Assembly: GCF_001194135.2 (NCBI RefSeq)
Contig: NC_068988.1
Span: forward strand, 53,507,500-53,566,025
Length of the DNA: 58,526 bases
Direction of reading: 5' to 3'
Source: Octopus bimaculoides
Lineage: Eukaryota
Part shown: positions 11,381 to 22,000 of the stretch, piece by piece
Layout: each line of letters opens with the position of its first letter
How positions within the stretch are numbered: the stretch's first letter is position 1
Position numbers and translations under genes: made by a program
Notes under the pieces: model-generated
Database searches by the model: none
What the model saw: only the letters and a program-made list of their open reading frames with translations
What the model was told of the DNA's origin: nothing

Positions 11381-12019
11381 AATATTATTAAACATAGTGA
11401 TTTCTCCACACACACATACACCTACTTTCAGTCTCACAACCTCAGAAGGCGAGTGGGTTTGACAGTAAGTAACCAGAGAAACACTAGACTTGTAAGATAA
11501 TGAATCAGACATGGTGTCTGGTCACTGGTATTTCTTTCTGCACTTGTCTGTTACTCTATGTCCGTCTATTCTGCAGAACCATTAGAACAGGTTATATAGA
11601 CATAATATTAAAAACAGCTGTAATAGTCACGTAATAGGGTGCTAGAGAAAGAGAAAAATAGCAAATGAAAAAGTATACGTGAAACATTTTATTTTTATAT
11701 GAATGCGCGCGTAAGTAACCGTCTTGGTATTTTTGTGTATATATGCGTGAGTGGTTATGTATTCACACACACACACACAAACGCATTAATGTTTGCTTTT
11801 ATGTCGAGTTACAATGAAAACAATTTAACATTAAACTGAAGAATGATTCAATACTTTACTTAGAATACATATATATTATAATTTTACAAGAAGATGGACG
11901 ACAGCGACTTCGAAGTTTTACGCATGAATAGCCTTCATCGGACTGTCAGAGGAAAGCTAGCCGGTTAAAACTTCTAAGTCACTGTCAACACTATTCTTGT
12001 AAAAATAATAATCTTTCCT

Positions 12020-12210
12020 ACTATAGGAACAAAGGTTCAGACTTGCGAGGAAGAAGGATAATTGCTTACAGTGACTGCAGCGGTATTTGTTTCATCGACC
12101 TCGATAGAATGTAAACCAAAGTCACGGTCGGTAGAATTCGAACGCAGAACATAAAGAGACACGAAGCATTGTTATTTGCTGAGCTAATGATTCTGCAAGC
12201 TTACTGCCTT
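12020..12210 (-). mobile_element. Family A SINE (old)
   Basis: Degraded signature blocks. Confidence 0.6.
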
Positions 12211-12526
12211 CAGTGCCAACTAACAAGATAACAGTTTATGTCATAATATAAGAAGTTATCAGGAAGGTCACAAACAATACTTGTTGCTGCTTTATAATTT
12301 AGCTTATTCATATTCACATAGAAATCAACACTGTAAAACACAACACCAGAAATTTGATCAGAATTGTTCCTGGCTAATTCAGCATGCATTCGGGTTTTAA
12401 TTTAGTTTAATTGAACTCTAGTCAACATTTGCATGAGACATTTGGAACCATCTAGTTTGACGCCTCTCGAATATTTTCATTTATCTCTCTCTCTCTCTCT
12501 TTCTGTCCCATTCTCTGAAACACACG

Positions 12527-12559
<33 letters not shown>

Positions 12560-13059
12560 GTGTGTATGCGCACACACGCACACACTCACACACACTCACA
12601 CACGCTGACGTACACACACACACACATGTAGGGTAAGTCGTTGATGGCCGACTAGACAGTATGATAGAATATTCGACTACTAAACAATGAACCGCAAGTT
12701 TGCATTCCATCACTGTCGCATTCTATTTTCTCTTTAAAACACACACGCAAACATACACATATGCACACAATCACACACAAATACACACACTAAGACACAC
12801 ACAACCTGAATTTCTATCTCTCTCTCTCTCACACACACACACACGCGTACGCATGCGCACACACATATACTCATACACACATTAACATGTACACAGAGTC
12901 GTAGATGACTGAATAGATAGACTGTTACAAGGTTCGATTGCTAAGCGAAGAAACGCAATTTCGAATCCCAACATCGCTCTAGAGCCGAGTACCGACCAAG
13001 GCACTTGACTCTTAAAAATAAACAAAGCAAAAAATAAAACTAGTCCACCTAGTGATAAA

Positions 13060-13374
13060 TAGGTACAGTGAGAAGTTCAGCTGATTACTCTGTAAAATGC
13101 AAGGGTAGCTTTTAGCATTAGGTCGTCTTGCGTTGCTCAGCGCATTGGGCTTTGTAACGGAGAACATTCCAAGTTCACAACTTCTAGGCCAATCATACTT
13201 TCGGCTTTCGTTAGGACTTGTCATAAGTGGCATTTCCCTACAACCGTTCCCGTGAAATTCTCCAACCGTTTCTTTAGTGATTACTGATTTTTGCAGAGCC
13301 AAGTTGCTGGCCCGGCGCCCAACCCTCCTGCTTCTTCTCCTGGGTTTGAGAGCGACATTGGCGCAAGAACAGTC
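13060..13374 (-). mobile_element. Degenerate 5' region and endonuclease N-terminus of an RTE-like LINE
   Basis: Frameshifted RKYDW...TWNVL...DDLM..., preceded by a gggttgggcgccgggccagcaac leader of the kind I recall from RTE 5' ends. Cut by an N-gap. Confidence 0.35.
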
Positions 13375-13660
13375 NNNNNNNNNNNNNNNNNNNNNNNNNN
13401 NNNNNNNNNNNNNNNNNNNNNNNNNNNNNNNNNNNNNNNNNNNNNNNNNNNNNNNNNNNNNNNNNNNNNNNNNNNNNNNNNNNNNNNNNNNNNNNNNNNN
13501 NNNNNNNNNNNNNNNNNNNNNNNNNNNNNNNNNNNNNNNNNNNNNNNNNNNNNNNNNNNNNNNNNNNNNNNNNNNNNNNNNNNNNNNNNNNNNNNNNNNN
13601 NNNNNNNNNNNNNNNNNNNNNNNNNNNNNNNNNNNNNNNNNNNNNNNNNNNNNNNNNNNN

Positions 13661-13928
13661 ACGAGGCTCCGGCAGGGGATGGTGGCGAACCCTGCTGTAC
13701 TCTTCCACCACAACTTTCTCTCACTCTTACTTCCTGTTTCTGTTGTACCTGTATTTCAAAGGGTCAGCCTTGTCACACTGTGTCACGCTGAATATCCCCG
13801 AGAACTACGTTAAGGGTACACGTGTCTGTGGAGTGCTCAGCCACTTGCACGTTAATTTCACGAGCAGGCTGTTCCGTTGATCAGACCAACTGGAACCCTC
13901 GACGTCGTAAGCGACGGAGTGTCAACAA
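13661..13928 (+). mobile_element. Family B SINE, 5' part lost in an N-gap
   Basis: Matches the 3' two-thirds of 18599-18963. Confidence 0.92.
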
Positions 13929-13969
13929 ATAAGCTGCCAGATGGATACTTGCATGGCTGTTATAGTTGG

Positions 13970-14185
13970 TAAGCCCCTTACATCAGTTCTGATCGAGTAG
14001 GCCTATAGGCAAAGGTGTCCAACCATAGTCCTTTCCCCAATTTATTATTCGTCAGTCATAATACATCATGGTCGACATTATTTGATGCGTACGTCATTTT
14101 TTTTCAGGAGGTAGGATATAAATTTAAGGGAGGTTTAAGGTGCTGTTTCTAGCAGATCGAACGACCACGAAGCAGCTCTCAGTTA
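13970..14185 (-). mobile_element. Old dispersed repeat, family D (SINE-like)
   Basis: Shares gtcgttcgatctgctagaaa..., an A-run and a tttgatcat...gatca...ggctaaac(aac)n-type end with 36205-36395, 53675-53865 and the tail at 46960-47040. Confidence 0.5.
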
Positions 14186-14187
14186 AA

Positions 14188-14371
14188 TTAGATAGATAAA
14201 TAGACTAATAGACAGGCAAACAGACAGATCGATAGATAAATAGATAGGTAGATGGACAGGCAAACAGACAGACAGGCAGGTAAACAGACTGACTGACAGA
14301 CAAACAGATAAACAGACAGACAGATACACAGGCAGACAGACAACAGACAAACAGACAAAAGACAGACAGAC

Positions 14372-14414
<43 letters not shown>

Positions 14415-14460
14415 AAGCAAGATAGATAGATAGAAAGAAAGCAAGATAGATAGATAGAAT
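14188..14460 (+). repeat. (AGAC)n/(AGAT)n tetranucleotide mosaic
   Basis: Direct reading. A similar tract lies at 29700-29840. Confidence 0.95.
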
Positions 14461-15227
14461 GCTAACGACAAGATAGCTACAGAAAGGATGGAACCAAGAA
14501 AATTTTCTTTGCAATTCCCTCAAAACGCTAATGTTTACCAAGAGCATATTTTTAGTCAAGCATCCATTGTATGATGGCAGTTATGTCCCCGCTGTTGTCA
14601 TAGCTATGCCCGTGTTTATAAACAATTGTCAAGTGAACCGTTGCTGTCATTAAATATCCGTCAAATAAACGAGGCAACAAGTAGTTCAAACAACAAACAA
14701 ACCTTACTACCATAGTTACGAGTAAACGCAGAAGCCAGTTTATTGGAATCTTTCTCTGTAACAAAACAATTACCTCAATCGTCTGCTTCACTGATTTAGT
14801 GCATAGGTGAACCTGTTAACGTTTGACGTTGTCGTACAGGTTGTTGGCTGCTTAAAGACTGGGGAGGAGCAGTAGGAGAAGAAGAAATGTGTGCGTGTGT
14901 GTATGGGAGGGAAATAGTCTGTACCACGTCTGTACTAACCTTAGCGACTGTATCAGTGCAGATGTTTTGTTGCTGTTTACATGTGTTTGGGTTGTTATTG
15001 GTATATTTCTCTGGCTACCATTGTTTGTTTATTTTCCTCGTCTAAGCAATGCCATTTATTAATTACGACCCTTCTCGACTACTGCTTCACTTGTTTTGCA
15101 GCCTCTACAAAAGAAAACATCATCATCATCATCATCACCAGCAACAGCAGCAGTAACAGCTGCAACACTTGCAAAATGGCATGGAGCAGGGACTGCAGTT
15201 GCTTCAACAGCCAGAAGGGCAACAAAC

Positions 15228-15395
15228 GAAGAAGAAGAAGAAGAAGAAGAAGAAGAAGAAGAAGAAGAAGAAGAAGAAGAAGAAGAAGAAGAAGAAGAAG
15301 AAGAAGAAGAAGAAGAAGAAGAAGAAGAAGAAGAAGAAGAAGAAGAAGAAGAAGAAGAAGAAGAAGAAGAAGAAGAAGAAGAAGAAGAAGAAGAA
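15228..15395 (+). repeat. Pure (GAA)56
   Basis: 168 bp, uninterrupted. Confidence 0.98.
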
Positions 15396-15616
15396 TGGTA
15401 GTGTAGGAGACGAACGAAACAAAAAGAAGCAAAAAGAAAACCGCATTGTTTCTTCAAACAGGTTAATGACCGTTAAAAAAATTTATTTTCAAATGTCTTA
15501 AAAGTTGTGAATTTAGTGACATCGAGTGTTACGTTCTTTTTGTCACCTGACTTGACTGGTTTCTTGTTACAAACACTCACGCCTCATCTTTCTGTTTATT
15601 ATTATCCGAAACATTA

Positions 15617-16215
15617 AGGCGGCGAGCTTGCAAAATCGTTAGCACACCGAGCAAAATATGCTTTGCGGCATCTCGTCCATCTAAGTTAGAATTCCGCCAG
15701 AGTCAGCTTTGCTTTACATCCTTTTGGGTTCGATAAAATAAGTACCAGTTGAACACTGCGGTCGCTGTAATCGAGTTACCTCCTTCCCCGAACCTGCTAG
15801 CTTTGAGTCAAAATTTGAATCTATTATCAAAATTAATATTGAAATTTGAAACCGTTAGTAACGTTAATTCGGCGAGCTGGCAGAATCATTAGTACGCCGG
15901 AGAAAATGCTGTCTTTATGTTTTGAGTTCAAATTCCGCTAAGGTCGACTTTGCCTTTCGTTCTTTCGAGATCGACGAAATAATACCAGTTGCGTACTGGG
16001 GTCGATGTTATTGAATTACCCTTTCCCTTAGTGTAGAAAGGTTTATTATCTACAAGATTGAAGGCTGCGTGCCGACAGAATCGTTAGCAATCCGGAAAAA
16101 AGTGTGGCGGTATTTCATCTCGCCTTACGTTCGTAGTCCAGATTCCACCGAGCTTGACTATTCCTTTCATCTTTTAGACTTGCCCTTTCCCTTAAAACAT
16201 GTTGGCCTGTGTCAA
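15617..16215 (+). mobile_element. Three head-to-tail family A SINEs
   Basis: Heads at about 15617, 15869 and 16063, each with a B-box-like and a gataaaataagtacc-like segment (the third is partly deleted). Confidence 0.85.
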
Positions 16216-16517
16216 AATTATCTGCAACATTTCTGTGGAGGCAGTGATTGATATTATATCATAATAATCAACAATAAAAATTTAATATTGTCATTGTATA
16301 CTTTGATAGACATTCTACAATGGTTACAGCTAATGTTCCCGTAGCGTAGCTATGTCAGATTGCCACTTCATGCAAATATTATTATTCAACATTCATTTAA
16401 ATTTGGTAATTTTCAAAACTTAAATGTCTCGAGATAGATTCATATTTAATATTGGAGAACATCCTGATTACGCCCATACTCTATCACGATGATAATTTGC
16501 ATACGATTGTGTGTGTA

Positions 16518-16552
<35 letters not shown>

Positions 16553-17214
16553 TCGCGCGCGCGCGCGTATGTATGTGTATGTGTGTGTATGTGTGTGTGT
16601 GTGCGTGTGCGTGGGCGCGCGCGTTCGTATTTTGTCATAGAAGGAAGCGTCATTGGTCTTTTGTAACGGTCCTCGAGACTTGTAAATGATAGAAAATGTG
16701 ATAAGGAGCAATGGATCAAAATATTGAGTTATCCTCTGAACGGAAACATGATCAAATACTTAAGGTAACAGCTTGGATTCCACTCAAAAGCATTAAACTG
16801 ACCAACAAATGAGACCACCGTAGTAATGGTGTTGAAATCGACAGTACACTATAACCACACACACCAGTTAATATTTTGGTAAACTATCACTGGTACATGC
16901 TTATACTTTACCAGACTTACGATGTATTTCTTCGATTAAAACTTAAGTCTCGCCACAAAACCAATTACATTAGCATTGAATCTCGAATGTATTTGTTAAA
17001 CCATAAAGTGACAACTCCATTAAGTGTTTTACAAAATTGTTGTCTTGTCAGGTGAACGTTTAACAATAATAAACGACCTCTTCTGTTTAAGTTCTTGACA
17101 CTCTTGAATATTGTTATTAACTATAGTGATAGCCTGCTATAGTTACATAATGATGAATACGTGTGTACATTTTTCAAATAGTGTTGTGCAGGTGCATAAA
17201 GTTAAAGTTGTATT

Positions 17215-17455
17215 GGGTTCCAGTTGATCCGATCAACGGAACAGCCTGCTCGTGAAATTAACGTGCAAGTGGCTGAGCACTCCACAGACACGTGTACCCT
17301 TAACGTAGTTCTCGGGGATATTCAGCGTGACACAGTGTGACAAGCTTTAGGTGTTTTCGCTCAATAAACACTCACAACGCCAGGTCTGAGAATCGAAACC
17401 GCGATCCTATGACCGCGAGTTCGCTGCCCTAACCACTGGGCCATTGCACCTCCAC
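17215..17455 (-). mobile_element. Family B SINE with an internal deletion and no tail
   Basis: The head and 3' body are joined at an aagct microhomology near 17343-17347. Confidence 0.9.
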
Positions 17456-18598
17456 TTGATAAACTGATAAACACGAAAAAAAGGAATAAATACTGAGAGA
17501 TAGGTAGCTAGATAGATAGACAGACAAGAAACAATATTGAAAGGTATATATTAAACATAATGAAATCACACATTACAATGTATTATAATTTTCAACTAGG
17601 AAAAAACACCACGCCTTAAATTTTACCTTGTTTGTGGGAAAATTGTTAACATCGTAAAAAGTAAAAGATATAGGAAACTTCTTGACAAAATAAATAAAAA
17701 AACAATTGAACAATGGTGGTGAATATTAGGTGGGGTTCTGTCCTCAGAAGCAAGTTCGTGTGAAATGAGAAAAGAAAATAAACAACTTTGTATTAATATT
17801 TTAGTTTTTTTATTCATAGCACCCACGACATTTCTTACTTGTTATTGACACTGAACTCTGTCCGTGGCGAAAATACTAAATTTTCAAACAACATCCTCTA
17901 TGTAACCACAAATAAACAAAACAAGTTTAGCTAGTCAACATTTTGTACCAGTATCCAACTCGGAAGTCTGTTTTTGGTAATTTTGAATGCCTTTAAAGCT
18001 AAAAAGTATTTTTTTCTCTATACGAAATGTTATATTTCGTAAAATGTTTAACTTAGCTTAATTTTTTTGTATCAATTTATAGATTCCAAATTTTCAAATC
18101 GTCTTCAGCGTAACTTAATCTGAAGAGATTTTTCTTCCCCATAATAGGTAAGCAGTGGGGGTCACAGCATGTATTCGCACTACTCTAGCTACATTTGCTT
18201 AAAATGACCACTGAAAACAGGCGACAACAGTCGTAGCAAGATGAACATGAAGAATGTCTACTCTAATTCACGTTGATGGACAGGACAATAGCAAATAAAA
18301 TCCTGAAATTTTTATCTGCGTCCAGAAAGAACATGCTAAAATGGTCTTATGAAATTTATTCGTAGAGAAAAACATTAATTGTAACTTCAAGAACTTTATT
18401 TGCAAATCTTTTCCACAACTTTAGCAAAAATTCTTGGTGCATTTCCTTTTTTCTTTTTCTTTCTTTTTATGTCGTTAATCTGGTGCACTATTCCTTCTTG
18501 ACTACATTCTGCTTTCAAAGATTATTTTTATTTCAGATCAAAATTACCTAAGATCTAGAGAAGTAACTTTATTTTCCTGTATATAACCTCTTGTTATT

Positions 18599-18963
18599 GG
18601 AAGCGCAATGGCCCAGTGGTTAGGGCAGCGGACCCGCGGTCATAGGATCGCGGTTTCGATTCCCAGACCGGGCGTTGTGAGTGTTTATTGAGTGAAAACA
18701 CCTAAAAGCTCCACGAGGCTCCGGCAGGGGATGGTGGCGAACCCTGCTGTACTCTTTCACCACAACTTTCTCTTACTTCCTGTTTCTGTTGTGCCTGAAA
18801 TTCAAAGGGTCAGCCTTGTCACACTGTGTCACGCTGAATATCCCCGAGAACTACGTTAAGGGTACACGTGTCTTGCACATTAATTTCACGAGCAGGCTGT
18901 TCCGTTGATCGGATCAACTGGAACCCTCGACGTCGTAAGCGACGGAGTGCCAACAACAACAAC
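18599..18963 (+). mobile_element. Family B tRNA-derived SINE, full length
   Basis: tRNA-like head (tggcccagtggttag; gtttcgattcc), conserved body, tail gtcgtaagcgacggagtgcc(aac)n. Confidence 0.93.
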
Positions 18964-19315
18964 CTGTGGTTAATAATAGTTCATTTATGTAACTGTATTC
19001 AGCAATGGGCCTCCTCATTGTCTTGAATTTATTTTATGATTTAAAGATAGGAAGTGACACCTTTCAGTCTCACTTTCTGAGACTTTCTATTCTAGTATGC
19101 CACCTTGCTAGCACATAGTATGCAAGGCTAGGGTGTATAAAAGCATGCAACAAACATCATACTGTTTTTCTTTTTTCTTTTTCTTTTTTTTCAATAATAC
19201 CGTGGAGGCGTGCCAATTGGCTTTGGGAAAAACGTGTATGTTAAATAAAGCTTCACAATACCAATTATGATTTCAGCGTTTTCCTACTACAGCACACACA
19301 CACACACACACACAC

Positions 19316-19354
<39 letters not shown>

Positions 19355-20077
19355 TAACATACTGTTCTGTGATAGAAAATTCGACAAAAAAGTATTCCAT
19401 CTGGTGAGAGATAAGTACTAAAGAACACAATACATGTCTTTAAGTGCGACTAATAGTTTAATATGTTGAGAAATATCTCAAACATATTCATCAGGCACAA
19501 ACCGCATTTCATAATGAACTAAAAAAAAAATTGAATAAGAGGAGAAACGCGAATGAACTGAGAAAGCAGCATATAGACAAAGNNNNNNNNNNNNNNNNNN
19601 NNNNNNNNNNNNNNNNNNNNNNNNNNNNNNNNNNNNNNNNNNNNNNNNNNNNNNNNNNNNNNNNNNNNNNNNNNNNNNNNNNNNNNNNNNNNNNNNNNNN
19701 NNNNNNNNNNNNNNNNNNNNNNNNNNNNNNNNNNNNNNNNNNNNNNNNNNNNNNNNNNNNNNNNNNNNNNNNNNNNNNNNNNNNNNNNNNNNNNNNNNNN
19801 NNNNNNNNNNNNNNNNNNNNNNNNNNNNNNNNNNNNNNNNNNNNNNNNNNNNNNNNNNNNNNNNNNNNNNNNNNNNNNNNNNNNNNNNNNNNNNNNNNNN
19901 NNNNNNNNNNNNNNNNNNNNNNNNNNNNNNNNNNNNNNNNNNNNNNNNNNNNNNNTGTATATATATATAATAATATAGATTTAATCAAAAGATTAAATGT
20001 GGTACTTAAAATGTTTGAGGCACCAGAATTTGGTAGGGTAAAAACCAAAAACAAAATCAAGAGATTTGGTGAGTAAA

Positions 20078-20480
20078 ATTTGAAGAAAAGCAACAAAAAT
20101 TCAATAGGTTATAGCAGTACGTACGTTTCGTAATGAAAATGTACTTCTCAGCTGCATAATGGAAGTTCAATTTTAGAAAGTCATTTTGTAGATGTGTGCA
20201 AAAACAAGAGTAGGAGAAGAAGAAAATACCATCTTGACTGGGTTGTTAATCAACAGTCTAGACTGTTGATTAACAGCCCAGTCAAGATGGTATTTTCTTC
20301 TACTTTTGTTTTTGCACACATCTACAAAATGACTTTCTAAAATTGAACTTCCATTATGCAGCTGAGGAGTACATTTTCATTGCACATTTTATGTGGTGTT
20401 CTCACTACATAAATAAATGAAGTTTGTACGAAACGTACGTACTGCTATAACCTATTGAATTTTTTTGCTTTTCTTCAAAT
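20078..20480. repeat. 403-bp spacer-less palindrome (fold-back)
   Basis: Centre is caacagtct|agactgttg (20259/20260). Arms are 182 and 221 bp and differ by a few substitutions, a 6-bp indel, a 1-bp indel and a 46-bp segment present only in the right arm. Confidence 0.97.
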
Positions 20481-20690
20481 GTATATATATATATATTGTT
20501 GTATTTGGGGGTGGCCATGTTGCCAGTTTAGCGAATAAAAGCACACGCACTATATATTTGGTGTTCACTTGCTTCAGCTTTATTTTATATTAATTGTATT
20601 TCGGCCAGAGTTCTTTCGTCACACGTCTGTGACCTCATCAGTGGTCGTTTGCTTTCTTCTTTCTTTCTTTTTTGTGTGTCTCTCCTTACT
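20481..20690 (-). mobile_element. Probable Penelope-like pseudo-LTR fragment carrying the hammerhead
   Basis: The hammerhead is followed by an AATAAA-containing AT-rich stretch ending in (TA)n. No Penelope ORF is adjacent, so this is inferred from the ribozyme type only. Confidence 0.4.
20602..20647 (-). ncRNA. Minimal type I hammerhead ribozyme (Penelope-type)
   Basis: Minus strand: CGACCA-CUGAUGA-G-GUCACA(GACG)UGUGAC-GAAA-G(AA)C-UC-UGGCCG. The core is intact, stem II has 6 bp, stem I has 5 of 6 bp, and the triplet is CUC. Confidence 0.7.
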
Positions 20691-20699
20691 AAAGATCTG

Positions 20700-21110
20700 C
20701 CATTTTGTATTCCTCTTGACAAAGCTTATTGTGGTTTGTTTTGGAAATAGTGGCGACCCAGACGGGGCTAGCATAATTAATTGATGGACTAAATGTATTT
20801 ATTATACACTAATGCTGTATCTGTGATTGCTCCTTGTTTGTGTATCGTCTGCTTACTGTACAGTCTTTTATGCATTGTGAATGTTGCAGCGGTGTTGAAT
20901 GTAATTCCTAGTATTCTGTTTTTTTTTCTTCTTTTTTTGTATGTAGTAGTATGTTTATGCTGCTGATTATGTCGATCGTGTTACTTGCTTGCATTTGATG
21001 CTCTCTAATGTTGTTGAGATATTGGGTTTTATAGGTATTAATTTAATACTGTTGTGGTCTTAGATCCAGATGTCAAGATAATTGATTTTGGAACAGAGCT
21101 GCAGCAGTGT
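20700..21110 (-). mobile_element. Degenerate LINE reverse-transcriptase C-terminal fragment (I/Jockey-like)
   Basis: RILGITFN...TFTMH at 20897-20917 and INYASPVWVATISKTNHNKL around 20758-20775, with stops and frameshifts. Confidence 0.6.
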
Positions 21111-21589
21111 CTGGAAGATGTTATGAAAATGTGAGTTGAGGTTATGTAGATGTTTTGAGGAACCAATGTTAGCGGGGTGGGTTATCAACGAAGGAGTCTC
21201 AATCATCTAGAAATAGCAGATAAATCTCCTTATTCCAGTCTATTGTCTAAAAATGGATGAATATGGAGGATAAAGTAGTCTTGATTATATTGTGCTAGAA
21301 AATTAGACAAGACTGTTATGTGTTGAGAACTCGCCGAACGATGAAATTTCAACACACCATAAAGGATAAATAAACGCGGTTTTATATATAATCCGGTGTA
21401 ACTAACACTACTTTGTTGAATAAAACGTGTGTGACTTTGTATATGCATGAATGCACGTGCGTGTAATATATGAATATATGCACATATATATATAAATGCA
21501 TACACACACGTACAAATGCATACACACATACACACACTCACTCACTCTCTCTCACACACACACACACACACACGCACGCACACACACGC

Positions 21590-22000
21590 ACACACACGGC
21601 AGGCTTTCAGTTTCCTTATTTCTTTATTGCCCACAAGGGGCTAAACATAGAGGGGACAATCAAGGACAGACAAACGGATTAAATCGATTATATCGACCCC
21701 AGTGCGTAACTGGTACTTATTTAATCAATCCCGAAAGGATGAAAGGCAAAGTCGACCTCGGCGGAATTTGAACTCAGAACGTAATGGCAGATGAAATACC
21801 GCTAAGCATTTCGCCCGACGTGCTAACGTTTCTGCCAGCTCGCCGCCTTACAGGCTCTCAGTTCCCGTCAACCAAATCCACTCACATAGCTTTAATCTGC
21901 CCGAGGCTATAGCAGAAGACACTTGTCCAAAGTGTTATGCAGTGGGACTGAACCCGGAACCATGTGGTTGGGAAACAAGCTTCTTACCACATTGTCACAT
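21590..22000 (-). mobile_element. Family C SINE 5' half (host of the 21616-21850 insertion)
   Basis: ccaaatccactcac...gaagacacttgtccaa...agtgggactgaacccggaaccatgtggttg. Confidence 0.85.
21616..21850 (-). mobile_element. Family A SINE (tail type X) nested in a family C SINE
   Basis: 16-bp TSD caggct(t/c)tcagtt(t/c)cc at 21600-21615 and 21851-21866. Confidence 0.93.

Noticed and set aside
17623-17826. Non-repetitive 67-aa minus-strand ORF
   Set aside because: No recognisable domain or splice support. The length is within chance for AT-rich DNA.
18599-18675. tRNA genes at SINE heads (families A, B, C)
   Set aside because: They have A/B boxes but no proper acceptor stem or cloverleaf, and they continue into SINE bodies.
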